A DNA stretch of 64,000 nucleotides from positions 17,362,001 through 17,426,000 of the forward strand of contig NC_058369.1 of assembly GCF_018350175.1 (NCBI RefSeq), read 5' to 3'. Below, in pieces: positions 62,771 to 64,000 of the stretch; position 1 is the first letter of the stretch, and each line of letters opens with the position of its first letter. Source of the stretch: Felis catus (lineage: Eukaryota). The translations under genes were made by a program, and so were the position numbers. The notes under the pieces were generated by a model. The model did no database searches. It saw only the letters and a program-made list of their open reading frames with translations, and was not told where the DNA came from.

Positions 62771-64000
62771 CGGGTCAGCAAACATTTTCTGTACACAGCC
62801 AGAGAGTAAACTGTTTAAAATTTGTGGCACCTATACTCTATTACAAATACAGGCAGTCCTGGCTTTGCATAGTTCTAATACACACTAATTTCAGTGACCA
62901 TGGTTTAGTTAAGCAACACCAGTCCCCCAACAGCATGGTTCAAGTTTCAGCTCCCATGGTATATTAACTGTGAATAATTGCATAAAGCACAAAATTTGCT
63001 GCTAGCTCCTCAGTATACAAATTGCTACGTAAATAACAAGTGTGCGTGGAAATCAGTGACCTATCACATCACTTCTTCAAAGTCTGTTGGTGACTGGTCG
63101 CTGAGCATCTGTTATTCAGTTCATGCATAAACAGTGGTGCTACCTCCTCATCTCCCAGTGATAAATTCGTGTGGCATTTTATGAAAACGAGTAACCAAAA
63201 GAGAGAACTGGTCAACAAAAATAAATGTGCAGCAAAGAATCAAAAAGTAGTAACGCTGGAAGTGAAATTTACAGCAAATGTAAATGTAGTTCTAGAAAAA
63301 ATAGCTCGCTGTGGAAATGCTGACACTACCACCATTCAAAAGACGTGCTGCCAGAGGAACTCAGTGAAGGTAAGCTCATCTCCATAAATGAGAATAATGG
63401 CTTCTTGAAAAAAATAAAAAGGCCTTAGAGGAAGTGCCGCTGGCAAGAAATCTCACATTAGAAGAACTCTTGAAGATACTCTGTGGCAATGAAAGCACAA
63501 AAGACAAATGCTGGAAGCTGATCTAAACCTAGAAAGGAGTAGGGCACAGAAGAGATAGATATCTGGGTCCATATCATAAATTATGATAAGAAGAAGCCCC
63601 GACACTGTTCAAACTATTCTTGGTAAGTTTTTTACAAAGAAAAAAACATTTAAATTCTCAACATTTTTAATGTTTTGAATTACAGTGTACTAAACATTAA
63701 TTTTCCAATTTTTTCATTTCCCTAAGTTTTATATAAGACAAGAGAGCTTTTAAAATTTTTTTAAAGATCACAATCATAATTTTCCCCTTTGATTATTAAC
63801 TTTGCTTTGCAGTTTCAGCCTGCTCAGCCATTTTTTGCAGTCCCAAACTACTGTGCAAAGTAAAAACTTCCTGGTCTCAACACTGCCATTATAGAGTGAA
63901 AGCTTTCATAGACAATACACATATGAATGAGTGTGTCAAACATTCTTAGCTCATAAATTATACAAAAACAGGCACTAGGCCGAATTTGACCTGTGAGCCA
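62771..64000 (+). mobile_element. MER58A-like hAT element split by the Tigger (62771-62849 and 63874-64000)
   Basis: gggtcagcaaacattttctgta... resumes as ctcaacactgccatt...catagacaatac...tacaaaaacagg after the Tigger. Confidence 0.7.
62850..63873 (+). mobile_element. TcMar-Tigger non-autonomous element (Tigger6-like)
   Basis: Imperfect TIRs caggcagtcctggctttgcatagt / actgtgcaaagtaaaaacttcctg; TA at the left flank; ORF 63169-63387 (KVVTLEVK) resembles a Tigger transposase N-terminus. Confidence 0.75.

Larger units (their letters stand above)
1..64000 (-). other. MAP4: MAP4 gene body (5' region: part of intron 1, first coding exon, intron 2, next coding exon, part of intron 3); extends beyond the window
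   Basis: Two minus-strand exons with canonical splice sites join in frame to the recognisable MAP4 N-terminus; no other gene seen. Confidence 0.93.

Noticed and set aside
1..64000. CRISPR arrays, tRNA genes or prokaryote-type systems
   Set aside because: The sequence is mammalian intron; the recurring repeats are dispersed tRNA-derived SINEs and microsatellites, with no repeat-spacer structure or intact cloverleaf.

Overview
Mammalian genomic DNA, almost certainly from a felid, judged from about 50 CanSINE/SINEC_Fc-type tRNA-derived SINEs including a young CpG-rich subfamily. The whole window lies inside the 5' part of MAP4 (microtubule-associated protein 4) on the minus strand. It holds the first coding exon (47285-47526, [10 protein letters not shown]...) and the next 69-nt coding exon (25463-25531), separated and flanked by large introns; exon 1 and the downstream constitutive exons were not found here. 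Reading the repeat-poor islands for splice signals shows three further phase-1 exons that the ORF track misses: (1) a 51-nt in-frame cassette (24647-24697); (2) an alternative terminal exon (acceptor at 23415) adding only Glu-Ala-stop plus a ~2.5-kb 3' UTR, giving a 99-aa MAP4 without the microtubule-binding domain; (3) a candidate 69-nt in-frame cassette (35604-35672) that overlaps a near-consensus CTCF motif. The rest is mostly transposon fossils: a decayed two-LTR ERV-L provirus (gag, pol, dUTPase remnants), deeply nested L1/SINE stacks, a 28S rRNA 3'-end retrocopy whose target site was re-used by later SINEs, putative SINE and L1 3' transductions, hAT and Tigger DNA transposons, L2, MIR and microsatellites. 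Almost all ORFs in the supplied track are repeat-derived noise. I see no evidence for a wholly new biological system; the best leads are the MAP4 5' alternative-exon cluster and the retrotransposition oddities. Repeat subfamily names come from recall of consensus sequences and need RepeatMasker/Dfam confirmation.
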